DNA of 64,000 nucleotides, taken from Candidatus Heimdallarchaeota archaeon (GTDB lineage: Archaea > Asgardarchaeota > Heimdallarchaeia > Heimdallarchaeales > Heimdallarchaeaceae). Each line of letters opens with the position of its first letter. Within the stretch, counting starts at the first letter, position 1. The translations under genes were made by a program, and so were the position numbers. The notes under the pieces are model-generated. The model did no database searches and had not been told where the DNA came from. It was given only the letters and a program-made list of their open reading frames with translations. Positions 32,202 to 42,505 of this stretch are shown here, piece by piece. Location of the stretch: contig JAHLWR010000004.1 of the NCBI GenBank assembly GCA_019057815.1, positions 64,001 through 128,000 on the forward strand, written 5' to 3'.

Positions 32202-32482
32202 AATTATCCTTCTTCTTCATCTTCGGAACAAGAATTGATTTTTTCAAACCAAGATGGTTTTTAACTGAAAACTATCTAAATAATTGAAAAGGTATATTTG
32301 TCAATCTAAACTGAAATTACAAACATTCGAAAGTCTTTTTATATCAAAATGCTTTGAAATTACAGAGAAGAATGACGACTATTAAGCTTGAAAAATCAGA
32401 AGTTGAAGAACTGATCAATTATAAATTAAGGAATCTACATAAAGAAATTCAGAATATCCTAGACAGATGGAATGAAACTTCT

Positions 32483-33873
32483 ATGAGCTAAGTTCTTTGT
32501 ACAAGGACTTATTTTGGTTTAAACGGAACTATGTTGAGGAACAACAGAGCGACGTGAAGGTCGACTCAGACAACCACTACCACCTATCTTCTCAAGTGAA
32601 GACTCAGGGGCTACTTTTTTGAGGATGTTTAATGCACCATTAATATCAGCATTCAAAACTAATCCACAGTTAGAGCAAACGTATAATCCTCGATATTTGC
32701 GATTGGCTTTTCTTCGCTGACCACATTGAGAACAGGTCTGAGAGGTGTAGGCTTCATCAACTTCCTTATAATCAATTCCATGAAATTCACTCTTCGTTCG
32801 CAATTTATGCTTGAATAAACTGTAAGTAATGTAGTGAAAATTCTGTGTAGTTCTCTTACCCAACCTACAATTCTTTTTAATGTTTTTCATTTCCCCAATG
32901 ACTATGGTGCCAATATTGTTTATTTTACAATGTTTGATTATCTCGTTTACTGCTTGAGACATGAAGTTACGCAAATAATACTTTCTTTTTCTGTCTAATT
33001 GCATCATTTTGGTGCCAGTTTTGATCTCTTTCTTATCATATTTTTTTTGTAATTCTGCTTTCTTCTTATTCCACCAACGATTAAAAGATTTTATTCCACG
33101 TCCTTCGATTATGAAGGCTGTCCCGTCAGTGTCAACTATTGTTGCGAAATTATCTAACCCTAGGTCAATTCCCAGATATTTAGTTTCGTCAATATTGATA
33201 CTTTCTTTCTCCTTATAATAAACAAACACTATTTCGAAATACATCCCATAACTGCGAGGAAGAATTCTAACTTCTTTCACTTTTTCCGCTCTAAGATGAC
33301 TAGGGAAGCTAAATCTCAAGAACCGTTTATTAAGATTTTTTGTTATCCACTTTCCAAGTGAGAGTCTGATTGTTTTCCCTTGCACTTTAAAATAATCAGG
33401 AGTAAAGGAAAGGTGAAAGAATCCTTCTTTTGGTAAGTACCATGGTTCTCTAACCATTTCGGTGTATTTTCCTTGTTTTTTAGCTTTCATTAAGCTAAAA
33501 AAGGATTTGTAAGCTTGTTCGGCTCTTCTAGCGGTTTGTTGTGCTATTTGCGCTGGTAGACGCTGATAATACTCATTTATTTTTATCTTTGGATAGGCTT
33601 TTTTATATGATAGAAATCTTTTCTTCTTCATCCATTCCTCTTTCATTAACCACAGCGTGTGATTATAGACATTCTTTGACCATCGGGAAAGTTTCTTCAG
33701 TATCCAGTACTCTTCTTTCGATAAAGCTCTAAGATGGTTTTGTTGTACCCGATACATCATTATTCTATTCTTATTTTCCTATTTAAACCCCCGTAAGACT
33801 CTTGACTGAAAGTATTCTCTTCTCCCTTTTTTCTTAGAAAGATTTTTCTATCCTTGTACAAAAAAGAGAACCT
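32483..33873 (-). mobile_element. IS200/IS605-family (IS1341-type, tnpB-only) element, 1391 bp
   Basis: Boundaries come from restoring the host ORF. On the minus strand TCTAT precedes the left end and TCAT ends the right end. Subterminal hairpins with GTACA loops occur at both ends. Confidence 0.88.
32519..33760 (-). CDS. tnpB: TnpB RNA-guided endonuclease
   Basis: LGIDLG (RuvC-I), EAYTSQTCSQC...CSNC zinc finger, NADINGALNI (RuvC-III). Confidence 0.95.
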   Translation of the reverse strand: MMYRVQQNHLRALSKEEYWILKKLSRWSKNVYNHTLWLMKEEWMKKKRFLSYKKAYPKIKINEYYQRLPAQIAQQTARRAEQAYKSFFSLMKAKKQGKYTEMVREPWYLPKEGFFHLSFTPDYFKVQGKTIRLSLGKWITKNLNKRFLRFSFPSHLRAEKVKEVRILPRSYGMYFEIVFVYYKEKESINIDETKYLGIDLGLDNFATIVDTDGTAFIIEGRGIKSFNRWWNKKKAELQKKYDKKEIKTGTKMMQLDRKRKYYLRNFMSQAVNEIIKHCKINNIGTIVIGEMKNIKKNCRLGKRTTQNFHYITYSLFKHKLRTKSEFHGIDYKEVDEAYTSQTCSQCGQRRKANRKYRGLYVCSNCGLVLNADINGALNILKKVAPESSLEKIGGSGCLSRPSRRSVVPQHSSV

Positions 33874-33996
33874 ATAGATAATTTTGTAGAAAAAGCTCGT
33901 AATGGCACCTATGAGGAAGCTGAGAATGATGCAATTGATATTCGACAACTAGTTTTAGAACAGAAAAAACTACAAGAATTGCAAGAAAAATTGTAG

Positions 33997-34188
33997 TTGA
34001 TTAAAATGAATGCAGATGCAAAGATATTCACTGCTCTGAAGTTTATACAGAATACATTTACAAGAAATATAACTAGTTTTAAAAAAGATGAGGATAGACC
34101 AGTAATAAGCAACTATTTCGATATTGGGATTAATCTTAACAATTTCATAACTCAGAGAAAAATTTTAAAAAGAGAACTAATATGTTAA
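33997..34188 (+). pseudogene. Short ORF abutting the interrupted gene; possibly a truncated partner (toxin) gene
   Basis: Starts immediately after the stop at 33996 and runs into the convergent ABC permease. No motif recognised. Confidence 0.3.
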
Positions 34189-34983
34189 CTCCCTTTTTTG
34201 AAAAATCCACAGTGATGCAACAAGTGCAACAATCCCCACACCTAGAAGCACAAAGAAATCAACTACTGGAAATACTCCTGATTCTAGAATATTACCTGCT
34301 GCCATATAGTTGAAAATTGAAAAATATTTCAGTATTTTAAGGGATTCAACTATACCTCCAATTCTCACAATTATATACATAGCTAATATCACAAATGCTG
34401 ATACTCCTAAAGCTTTACGTGACTCTAAAAACAATGCACCACAAAGCAAAGAAATAGCCCCAAGAGCAAAGAAAAGCATCCAAATACCAATCAGAGAGTA
34501 AGTGAGAATGGTATAATCCATTTGCTCTCCCATTAAAGAGGTACTTAAATAGGAAACGAACAAAATTATGATTGGATACAACAAGTTGTATGTTAAATAA
34601 ACTAAGAATTTTTCCAACAAAAACCTCCATCGAGGGATAGGTAGGCTAAGCATCATATCAAGAGTTTTTTTGTCAACCTCTGTAGTAATTATTCTTGATG
34701 GAAAGAAGATAACAAGAAACACCAAAATCATTTCTAACCAGAGGAAGATATACATATAGTACATTCCCATCCAAGTGGAAAAGTCACTGATTCCTAAATG
34801 TCCGAGAAAACCAGCATAAATTGGACTCTCCAGAATCTCTTTAAACATTGCTGAAGCTTTCTGTAATTCAGGCCAGATAGCAGAAATCATCGGGACCATC
34901 ATAACAATAAATAGAGGAGGAAATATCCCGCTCTTCCAGTTCTTTAACAGATTTTTTAGATATACTTGTACCATTGCCTTCAA
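34177..34983 (-). CDS. ABC-2 type transporter permease
   Basis: Six TM helices; E.DKKTLD..LSLPI.R motif; ends FQKREL. Confidence 0.9.
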   Translation of the reverse strand: MKAMVQVYLKNLLKNWKSGIFPPLFIVMMVPMISAIWPELQKASAMFKEILESPIYAGFLGHLGISDFSTWMGMYYMYIFLWLEMILVFLVIFFPSRIITTEVDKKTLDMMLSLPIPRWRFLLEKFLVYLTYNLLYPIIILFVSYLSTSLMGEQMDYTILTYSLIGIWMLFFALGAISLLCGALFLESRKALGVSAFVILAMYIIVRIGGIVESLKILKYFSIFNYMAAGNILESGVFPVVDFFVLLGVGIVALVASLWIFQKRELTY

Positions 34984-35913
34984 CTACTCGTAATAATGCA
35001 AGAAAATCTCTTCGAGAGATGCATCTTCAATTGTTATTCTTTCAACATCATAATCGGTGAGCCATGAAAGGAGTTCATCAATATTTCCTTTAATTTTCAA
35101 TCTATATGCATTTTTATTTGATTTTTCAAATGATACAATTGATTGAACAGATTTGAAATCCTTCTCATTAGGGCTATTATTAGACGAAAAAACAATCTTA
35201 ATATTTTGAAGGAATTTATTTTTCAAATCTTCAATCTTCTCTACAAGGATTATTTTACCATCCTTGATAATAGCTACTCTATCACATACAGCTTGAACTT
35301 CGGAAAGATCATGCGAACTGAGAAAGATGGTTATACCTTCAGATTTGAGTTGTTTTATTATTCTATGAAATCTGGAGGTAATTAAAGGGTCTAAACCTGA
35401 CGTAGGTTCGTCTAGAAGGAGAAATGTAGGTTTTGATGCTAGAGCTAATATGATTCCCACTTGTTTTTTATTTCCGGATGAGAGAGTTCTGATTTTTTTA
35501 GTTAAATCAACTGTAAAATTATCTTTAAGTTCTTTTAGAAATTCTTCCTTATGAGGTTTAAATTTGTTGAAATATTTGATTAATTCAGCACCAGTGAAAT
35601 TATCGTATAAAGCTAATTCTCCAGGTATGTATCCTATCTTTTTTCTAATCTCGATATAATCTTTTTTGTGATCAAAACCAAGAACAGTTATTTCACCTGT
35701 TTGAATATGAAGATAGTTTAGAATTGCTCTCATAGTTGTTGTTTTACCTGCACCATTAGGTCCCAGAAAACCAAAAATTTCACCTTTATAGACAGTAAAA
35801 CTAACTTCTTGGGCTCCAATGACTTCCCTTCCAAATTTCTTAAACCTAAGATTAATTTCACGTCCGTAGATTTTTGTTAAATTATCAACTCTAAGTATGA
35901 CTTCACTGGACAT
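34984..35913 (-). CDS. ABC transporter ATP-binding protein
   Basis: GPNGAGKTT, LSSGN, LLLDEPTSGLD, SSH. Confidence 0.95.
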   Translation of the reverse strand: MSSEVILRVDNLTKIYGREINLRFKKFGREVIGAQEVSFTVYKGEIFGFLGPNGAGKTTTMRAILNYLHIQTGEITVLGFDHKKDYIEIRKKIGYIPGELALYDNFTGAELIKYFNKFKPHKEEFLKELKDNFTVDLTKKIRTLSSGNKKQVGIILALASKPTFLLLDEPTSGLDPLITSRFHRIIKQLKSEGITIFLSSHDLSEVQAVCDRVAIIKDGKIILVEKIEDLKNKFLQNIKIVFSSNNSPNEKDFKSVQSIVSFEKSNKNAYRLKIKGNIDELLSWLTDYDVERITIEDASLEEIFLHYYE

Positions 35914-36036
35914 TTCTTTCGACTGTCGAATAAAAGGTTAATTTATAAACTTATCACTTTTTTCAGCAAATTCCTTCGGTTAGCAACAGTTTCAGTAGAT
36001 TTAACATCTTATTTTCCTTTTTTTATATCTTTTTTT

Positions 36037-37068
36037 TCATCCAGCTTTAAGTAACAAAGCCCAGATCCAATCAATAAGTGTGTGCAGTAACATAGCAGAA
36101 AACAATCCACCAAATATCCAGCAAACACCATAAATAACTCCTGCAATTGCTGCTAGAAGTATATATACCCAGATAAATTCAGGGGAAGTGTTATTCCAAT
36201 GCGTTACTGCAAAAGCAATGGATGCTATAACAACTGCTACCCATCTCCAATAAGGATATATTCTACTCTTTTTTTTCACAATTTTTTCAGTCAATTGATG
36301 TTGTATAATGCCTCTCGCAATTGTTTCCTCGGGTAAAGCTATCGTAAGCCATATTCCTATAAAACTTACAACAAACATCCCAAAACCTGACCATTCAGGA
36401 GACCAAACTAAGAAATCAGTTATTAAACCGATAGGGATAGCTATTACACAAAGAATTAACAATCCTATGAATGGAATGAAGAGTTTCTTCAGAGTGATTT
36501 TCCAGTTGAATTTTTCAGTAAACTCTTCTAATTGAATGGAAAAGAGAAGAAGAATCAAAGCAGACATCCATAAAGCATTAAATTCATACTTCATCTCATC
36601 GAAACCATTAATCACGTCGTAAGTGTATCTATTATCAAACCCTATAGCAAAAATTACTACAGCTGAGATGTGGAAGATAAAATCTATCCTTTTTATGTGA
36701 CGATGCTTAATTATTACAGGAAGAATCATAAGAGCTGTGGGAAGGATATACCAAAGAAGATAGGAATATAGAGCTGAAACAATATCTTGTGAAAATATCC
36801 ATGAAAGTAGAGGAAGAAATAATACTAGGGATATTACTCCCCAATAGAACCATTTCTTTGAATTCAGTAACTCGATAATCTTAACATTCGTTAATGGAAT
36901 AAGAAGGAAAAAAATAACACTTGCTAGAATAAACATGAGAATTGCAAAAAAAACCGATTGAACTGGTGTTCCTTGTGGTTCGACTAGTACAACTGTTACA
37001 GTAAGTATCAAAGATATTATTGCATTAAAGATTGAACAAAATATGAACTTCTTGTTTTCTGGTTCCAT
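36037..37068 (-). CDS. CPBP (Rce1/Abi) intramembrane glutamic protease
   Basis: PEETIARG, FAVTH, H..ID motifs in a multi-TM protein. Confidence 0.88.
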   Translation of the reverse strand: MEPENKKFIFCSIFNAIISLILTVTVVLVEPQGTPVQSVFFAILMFILASVIFFLLIPLTNVKIIELLNSKKWFYWGVISLVLFLPLLSWIFSQDIVSALYSYLLWYILPTALMILPVIIKHRHIKRIDFIFHISAVVIFAIGFDNRYTYDVINGFDEMKYEFNALWMSALILLLFSIQLEEFTEKFNWKITLKKLFIPFIGLLILCVIAIPIGLITDFLVWSPEWSGFGMFVVSFIGIWLTIALPEETIARGIIQHQLTEKIVKKKSRIYPYWRWVAVVIASIAFAVTHWNNTSPEFIWVYILLAAIAGVIYGVCWIFGGLFSAMLLHTLIDWIWALLLKAG

Positions 37069-37159
37069 ATATTTACTAAAATTATGTACTTTTAAATTAC
37101 ACTCTCACTTTTTATTGGTTATTTTTACCTTGAAATTCAAGGAGAAATAGAGATGTCAA

Positions 37160-37618
37160 GTGACAAATACTTTTATTTCAAGAATTATAGTTGAAACCAT
37201 GGCTCGAAAGGTTATGATTTTGATTTTAGGATGTTTTGTTGCAGCTGCAGGTATGTTCTTTGTACTTTCAGCTACTGCTTTTCCAAAACTAGCAGAAGTT
37301 AGCATTTTTCTATCACCCAAATACTCTGTAGCAGACTTAGGTGAAACAGGAATGATTTTTGTTCGTAGTCTATCAGCAGTGTTAGGAGGACTAATGATTG
37401 GATGGGGGATAACAATAATGTATTTTGCTTATCATTTCACTAGAAAAGCAAGGTTATTTCTGTTAATAGCTATTGTAACATGGTTTACAACGGATAGTAT
37501 TGGATCATTATTAAATGACCTCCATTACAATGTTATATTAAATGCTGTTTTTCTTATCTTTGGTTTGACAGTTCTCTTCTTATCAAAAACGGAAGAACAG
37601 TTAGAAGAAAAGGTTTAA
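37160..37618 (+). CDS. Small 4-TM membrane protein
   Basis: GGLMIGWG and WF..DS..S motifs. The start may be ATG 37199. Confidence 0.7.
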   Translation: MTNTFISRIIVETMARKVMILILGCFVAAAGMFFVLSATAFPKLAEVSIFLSPKYSVADLGETGMIFVRSLSAVLGGLMIGWGITIMYFAYHFTRKARLFLLIAIVTWFTTDSIGSLLNDLHYNVILNAVFLIFGLTVLFLSKTEEQLEEKV

Positions 37619-37880
37619 AACCATTTTTACTCTTTCTGATAAGGTTTGTCTCGCAATTTTTCTTTAGTATCTATCTGTTCTGTCCATTGAATCCTGCTAT
37701 TATTAGCGAAGGGGACATATTCATGTAAATCGAATGGGTTTCAAAAGATATCTTACTGAAAAATGTTAACAATAAACGAAAGAGAAATGCAACTTAGTTT
37801 TGATAATGAAATGAAAGAAGGGGATTTGATGCGAAATTGGAAAGGGTTAGAAATAGAAAAAGAATTAAGTTGAGAAAATC

Positions 37881-37984
37881 CTCTCCTCCCTACGATAACT
37901 TTTCTATTCTTAGGCTTTGGAATAGTGGCGCAACAACGAAGAAAGAGTGAATAGGTACCTTTTCTTCTTTCTTTATTTCTTCTT
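37881..37984 (+). repeat. ~105-bp direct repeat, copy 1 (orphan 3' end of a beta-helix surface gene)
   Basis: Matches 40301-40402 (CGATAACTT.TCTATTCTT.GGCTTTGGAATAGTGG.GCAACAACGAAGAAAGA...TTTCTTCTTTCTTTATTTCTTC). Confidence 0.85.
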
Positions 37985-38124
37985 ACATTTTTTTAGTATA
38001 TCATAGAACTGTCTAATCACTTTGAAGATAGGTCACTCTTTATAGGTTTCCTTCTACCTCTAACAGAAGTATTATATTTCCTAAAGTAGATTGTTATAAG
38101 AATTTAAATCTTTGTTGATGAAAT

Positions 38125-40371
38125 ATGAAAAGACAATCAAAACAGTCTAAAATTACAATTACAAGCGTTCTATGTGTTTTATTGATAATTGGTGGAATAA
38201 GTACGTTCTCAAGTATGAGCGTAAATGCTACAACTGTATCCTATGAACCCCCCTCTCACTTCTCACTGATTCCACATGATTCTATTGAAGTTGCTTCTGA
38301 TAGTGACTTTGAGGTTTTTCCAGGCTCTGGAACAGCTGAAGATCCTTATGTTATTGAAGGGTATAATATTACAACATCAAGTTCAAGTGGAATTTATATT
38401 TATGGTACAACCAAATTTTTCATTGTTCGAAACTGTTATGTTGACGCAGAAAACTATGGAATTTTAATCTGGAATGTAACTTATGGAACTGTAACTATTG
38501 AGAATAACACGTTCAGCAACAACGGATGGGGTATCTATCTAGAAAATGATGGTTCTACCGTTTCCGACAACACTTGCAGCTACAACAACCACTATGGCAT
38601 CTATCTTTGGTATTCTTCTGGTTCTACTGTTGCCAACAACACTTGCAGCTACAACAACTGGAGAGGCATCATGTTTGAGACTTCTGGTAGTTCTACAGTG
38701 GTAAACAACACATGCAATAACAATGGTGGTGAAGGCATCACTCTTTCCTCTTCTGGTAGTTCGACGGTGGCAAACAACACATGCAATAACAATGGCGGGA
38801 AAAGCGTCTATCTTTACTATTCTGATAGTTCAACTGTTGCTAACAACACGTGTAGCTACAACGACTATGGTATCTGGCTTGAGGATTCTAATTCTTCAAC
38901 CGTTGCCAACAACACGTGTAATAACAACTACTACCATGGTATCTATCTAGACTCTGCTGATTCTTCTACTGTTGCCAACAACACGTGTAATAACAACTAC
39001 TACTATGGTATCTGGCTTGAGGGTTCTAGTTTTTGTGTTGTTACTTACAACCTTCTACAAGAAAATGGAGAATATGGAATATATTTACACTCTTATTCTG
39101 ATAACACTCTTATTCACCATAATAACCTTGTAGACAATAATCTAGGAGGAACATCACAAGCGTATGACGATGGAAATAGTAATACTTGGCATGATATTGA
39201 AACACTTGAAGGTAACTATTGGTCTGACTGGTCTGGAACAGATTCTTATGCTATTGATGGTGCTGGTGGTGCAAACGATCTTTATCCTCTTGATGAACCA
39301 ACTTTTTACCTTGGTTCTCCTGTTATTACAGAAATTATCCACTCTCCCTCTTCTCCGACAGAACTCGATACTGTTATTATTAATGCTATTGTAACTAACC
39401 CTCATGGTGTTCAAAGTGTTACTCTACACTACAGAGTCATTAGTGAAATATGGATAGAAGTTAGTATGACTCTTGTGAGTGGTGATCTCTATAATGTAGC
39501 TATAGGTCCTTTTGCAGTTAGCGACACAGTTGAATATTATATCACTGCAGTAGACAACTCTATTCACCACAATGAAGCTACAGGGGATAACTCAGGCTTA
39601 TATTATTCTTTTACAATCGATTCTTCTGACAATACTGGTCCTGCAATTAACGATATCGTACACTCTCCCTCTTCTCCGACAGAACTCAATACTATTAGTA
39701 TAAATGCTACAGTTACAGACGCTTCTAGTGTTCAAAGTGTTACTCTTCATTACAGAGTCAATAGTGGGACTTGGATAGAAGCTAGTATGACTATTAAAAG
39801 TGGTGATATTTATTCTGTGACTATTGGTTCCTTTGCAGTGAGTGATACTATCGAATATTACATTAGTGCCATAGATAACTCTGTTAATCATAATGAAGCT
39901 CTAGAAAATAATAACAGGCAATACTATAACCTATTCGTAGGTTCTTCTGATGTTATTGGTCCAAATATTACTAGTATTATTCATTCTCCCTCTTCTCCGA
40001 CAGAACTCGATACTGTCAATATCAATGCTACTGTTATTAGCCCTTATGGTGTGCATTCAGTTACTCTCCGCTATAGAATCAATAGTGGAACCTGGCAGAC
40101 AATCAGTATGGCGCGTATAAGTGGTGATTTTTACAGCGTAACTATCGGTTCCTTTGCAGTGAGTGATACTATCGAATATTACATTAGTGCACTAGATAAC
40201 TCTATCAGTCATAATTTGGCAATCAACGATAATTCTGGAGAGTATTACTCATTTACTATACTTTCTTATGAGGATGAAACAAGGACTGTAATGTTCCCTC
40301 TTCTCCTACCCGCGATAACTTCTCTATTCTTGGGCTTTGGAATAGTGGTGCAACAACGAAGAAAGAAATAA
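38125..40371 (+). CDS. Parallel beta-helix surface protein with three C-terminal Ig-like repeats and a TM anchor
   Basis: Third paralog of 16459-18318; three HSPSSPTEL..YR...W...M...G.F..SDT(I/V)EYYI.A.DNS repeats; ends QQRRKK. Confidence 0.92.
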   Translation: MKRQSKQSKITITSVLCVLLIIGGISTFSSMSVNATTVSYEPPSHFSLIPHDSIEVASDSDFEVFPGSGTAEDPYVIEGYNITTSSSSGIYIYGTTKFFIVRNCYVDAENYGILIWNVTYGTVTIENNTFSNNGWGIYLENDGSTVSDNTCSYNNHYGIYLWYSSGSTVANNTCSYNNWRGIMFETSGSSTVVNNTCNNNGGEGITLSSSGSSTVANNTCNNNGGKSVYLYYSDSSTVANNTCSYNDYGIWLEDSNSSTVANNTCNNNYYHGIYLDSADSSTVANNTCNNNYYYGIWLEGSSFCVVTYNLLQENGEYGIYLHSYSDNTLIHHNNLVDNNLGGTSQAYDDGNSNTWHDIETLEGNYWSDWSGTDSYAIDGAGGANDLYPLDEPTFYLGSPVITEIIHSPSSPTELDTVIINAIVTNPHGVQSVTLHYRVISEIWIEVSMTLVSGDLYNVAIGPFAVSDTVEYYITAVDNSIHHNEATGDNSGLYYSFTIDSSDNTGPAINDIVHSPSSPTELNTISINATVTDASSVQSVTLHYRVNSGTWIEASMTIKSGDIYSVTIGSFAVSDTIEYYISAIDNSVNHNEALENNNRQYYNLFVGSSDVIGPNITSIIHSPSSPTELDTVNINATVISPYGVHSVTLRYRINSGTWQTISMARISGDFYSVTIGSFAVSDTIEYYISALDNSISHNLAINDNSGEYYSFTILSYEDETRTVMFPLLLPAITSLFLGFGIVVQQRRKK

Positions 40372-40402
40372 TTTCTTCCTTTCTTCTTTCTTTATTTCTT
40401 CC
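40301..40402 (+). repeat. ~105-bp direct repeat, copy 2
   Basis: Matches 37881-37984. Confidence 0.85.
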
Positions 40403-40571
40403 TTCTCAATGCTAAGAATGTAAAGATAGCTAATATTATCTGGAATCCTTCAACAATACCAGCAAGGATAATTATTTCTCCAAACTCAATGTTCTGGAAT
40501 ATACCTGTATTATTTTCATCTCCGTTTCTTACAATTATGATTATTTGAAAGATTTTTGAAGGGATGAACAT
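40392..40571 (-). pseudogene. Orphan C-terminal TM anchor remnant of a surface protein
   Basis: Manual translation: ..NGDENNTGIFQNIEFGEIIILAGIVEGFQIILAIFTFLALRRKK*. Confidence 0.55.
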
Positions 40572-40770
40572 TTTAGGGGTCTATTTAGGTCGTTCTAGAA
40601 CAAGAATTTGAACTGGTGATAGCACTTATACTGTGGCATTAGTAGCAGTATTAAGCAACAAAGCCAAGCTGCAACGGTAGTAAAGAAAAAGGAAACAATG
40701 GAATAAAGAAAACAAAGCTAAAACACTTTTTTTCTATTCTATTTCAAGAATAATAATCAATAATTCTTAT

Positions 40771-41250
40771 ATGACCACAAGAAAGATAAGATATATGATA
40801 AGAAAAGCTGTTGGAGCTATTGTAAAATATAATGATAAATTTCTTTTAATTCACAAGGTCAAAATAATGGATGCAGGAGACGCACCAATAGAAATTGAAG
40901 GAGAGTGGGATTTTCCTAAGGGAGGAATAAAATTAGATGATCTTGACTTAAAGAAAGCGATTTTGCGTGAACTAAAGGAAGAAACAGGTTCAAATCAATA
41001 CTTAATCATCAAAGAATTCAAAGAAAAAATCACTTTTACGTTTCCACCAGCTATAAGGGACAAATCAGGTTATCAAAGCCAAGAAACAACAATGTTCTTG
41101 GTTGAGTATGTAGGGGACATAAATGATTTAAACCCACAAGATGAAGAAATAGATGAAATCTATTTTATCTCAAAAGAGGAAGTTATGAAGAAATTACATC
41201 ATCAAGAAATGAAAGACTTCTTTTTAAAAATCAGTTCGTTTCTAGACTGA
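40771..41250 (+). CDS. NUDIX hydrolase
   Basis: WDFPKGG..AILRELKEETG Nudix box. Confidence 0.92.
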   Translation: MTTRKIRYMIRKAVGAIVKYNDKFLLIHKVKIMDAGDAPIEIEGEWDFPKGGIKLDDLDLKKAILRELKEETGSNQYLIIKEFKEKITFTFPPAIRDKSGYQSQETTMFLVEYVGDINDLNPQDEEIDEIYFISKEEVMKKLHHQEMKDFFLKISSFLD

Positions 41251-41423
41251 TTTTAAAAAGCTTGGTAGAAACTCGTCTAATAGTGCATTCTTATGTTGTA
41301 TACTCAAAGAAGTATGGTTCCAGTGATTACAGAATGAAAATAACTTTTCTAGATTTCATCTTGATAACACTATTTGGTGGAATAAGTCTAACTTGAAAAA
41401 GAGAAAAATTATATTGTAATCCT

Positions 41424-41622
41424 ATGACTTTATTTTTTTACAAATTCTTTAGAAGTGCTTGGGCACATCATGGGGACGTTACATCCCCTCTTACACCACC
41501 CACACCCTCTTACAAGGATGCTTACGGTTCGCTTTTGGTTTTTTATTAGATGCAGACCTGAGGATTATAATGAAGTTAATGCATAGCTACAACCCTTTGA
41601 AGGATAATCTATATGACACTAT
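41424..41622 (-). mobile_element. Non-autonomous IS200/IS605 mini-element A (199 bp) carrying an omega/reRNA-like scaffold
   Basis: Full-length inverted homolog of 44357-44557; preceded by TCTAT and ending in TCAT on the minus strand. Confidence 0.82.
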
Positions 41623-41714
41623 ATAGAATTCATTGATTAATACCATAATTTAAAATATATAAAAATTCCATCTATTGGTAGAAACAACCAATCAAATAGT
41701 AAGGAGAAAAAACT

Positions 41715-42008
41715 ATGATAAGCAAATCTACAATAATTAATACCTTAAAACAAGAATTTTCATATCTTAAATCAAAGTATTATGTAAAAAAAATAGGTAT
41801 TTTTGGTTCATTTGCAAGGGATGAACAAAGAGAAACAAGTGATGTTGATATTATTGTAGATTTTAACCGACCAATTGGATTTTTCATATTTCTACAGTTG
41901 GAAGATTATATTAGTGAAAAACTTGGTATAAAAGTAGATTTAGTTACACCTGAAGCCTTGAAACCATTACTCAAGGAAGAAATATTAGAGGAGACAATCT
42001 ATGTCTAA
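41715..42008 (+). CDS. mntA: Minimal nucleotidyltransferase antitoxin (MNT)
   Basis: GIFGSFAR.E...SDVDI, KVDLV. Confidence 0.93.
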   Translation: MISKSTIINTLKQEFSYLKSKYYVKKIGIFGSFARDEQRETSDVDIIVDFNRPIGFFIFLQLEDYISEKLGIKVDLVTPEALKPLLKEEILEETIYV

Positions 42009-42345
42009 CAAAAGAGTAAGACTCTATCTACAAGATATAGAAGAATCAATTAACAAAATCCAATCATTCATTGAAGGAATGGGATATGATGATTTTTATT
42101 ATGACGAAAAGACAAAAGCAGCTGTAATTAGAATGCTCGAGATTATCGGTGAAGCTGTAAAAAATATTCCTAATGAAATTAGAATAAAATATGATAATGT
42201 CCCCTGGAAACCAATAGCAAGAATGAGAGATAAGCTAATTCACGCATATTTTGGAGTAAGTTATAAAATTGTGTGGGAAACAATTCAAAATGATCTTCCA
42301 CGTCTATCACAAACAATAAAAGCTATTCTAGAAGATGGAGTTTAA
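42001..42345 (+). CDS. hepT: HEPN RNase toxin (DUF86/HepT)
   Basis: LEIIGEA, RDKLIHAY (Rx4HxY), VWET; overlaps the MNT gene. Confidence 0.93.
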   Translation: MSNKRVRLYLQDIEESINKIQSFIEGMGYDDFYYDEKTKAAVIRMLEIIGEAVKNIPNEIRIKYDNVPWKPIARMRDKLIHAYFGVSYKIVWETIQNDLPRLSQTIKAILEDGV

Positions 42346-42505
42346 AAATCATCCACGTACTAGGAAGTGTATTATTTCCAAGTAATTGAAAATAACTTCT
42401 CTTATACATCACTTGTTTTTCAAGTTTTGGTTAAACCAATCTAATGTCTCTTTAACAATTTCTAGGACATTCTTTAACACAGATTTTGCATGTAATACAA
42501 TCTTC

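Larger units (their letters stand above)
32372..33996 (+). pseudogene. Small 77-aa helical protein gene (possible antitoxin) interrupted by the tnpB IS
   Basis: Joining 32372-32482 to 33874-33996 restores MTTIKLEKSEVEELINYKLRNLHKEIQNILDRWNETS|IDNFVEKARNGTYEEAENDAIDIRQLVLEQKKLQELQEKL*. Confidence 0.85.

Noticed and set aside
32481-33875. 4-bp CTAT target-site duplication with terminal inverted repeats
   Set aside because: Better explained by overlap of TCTAT/TCAT and palindromic TTGTACAA hairpins; tnpB elements do not make TSDs.
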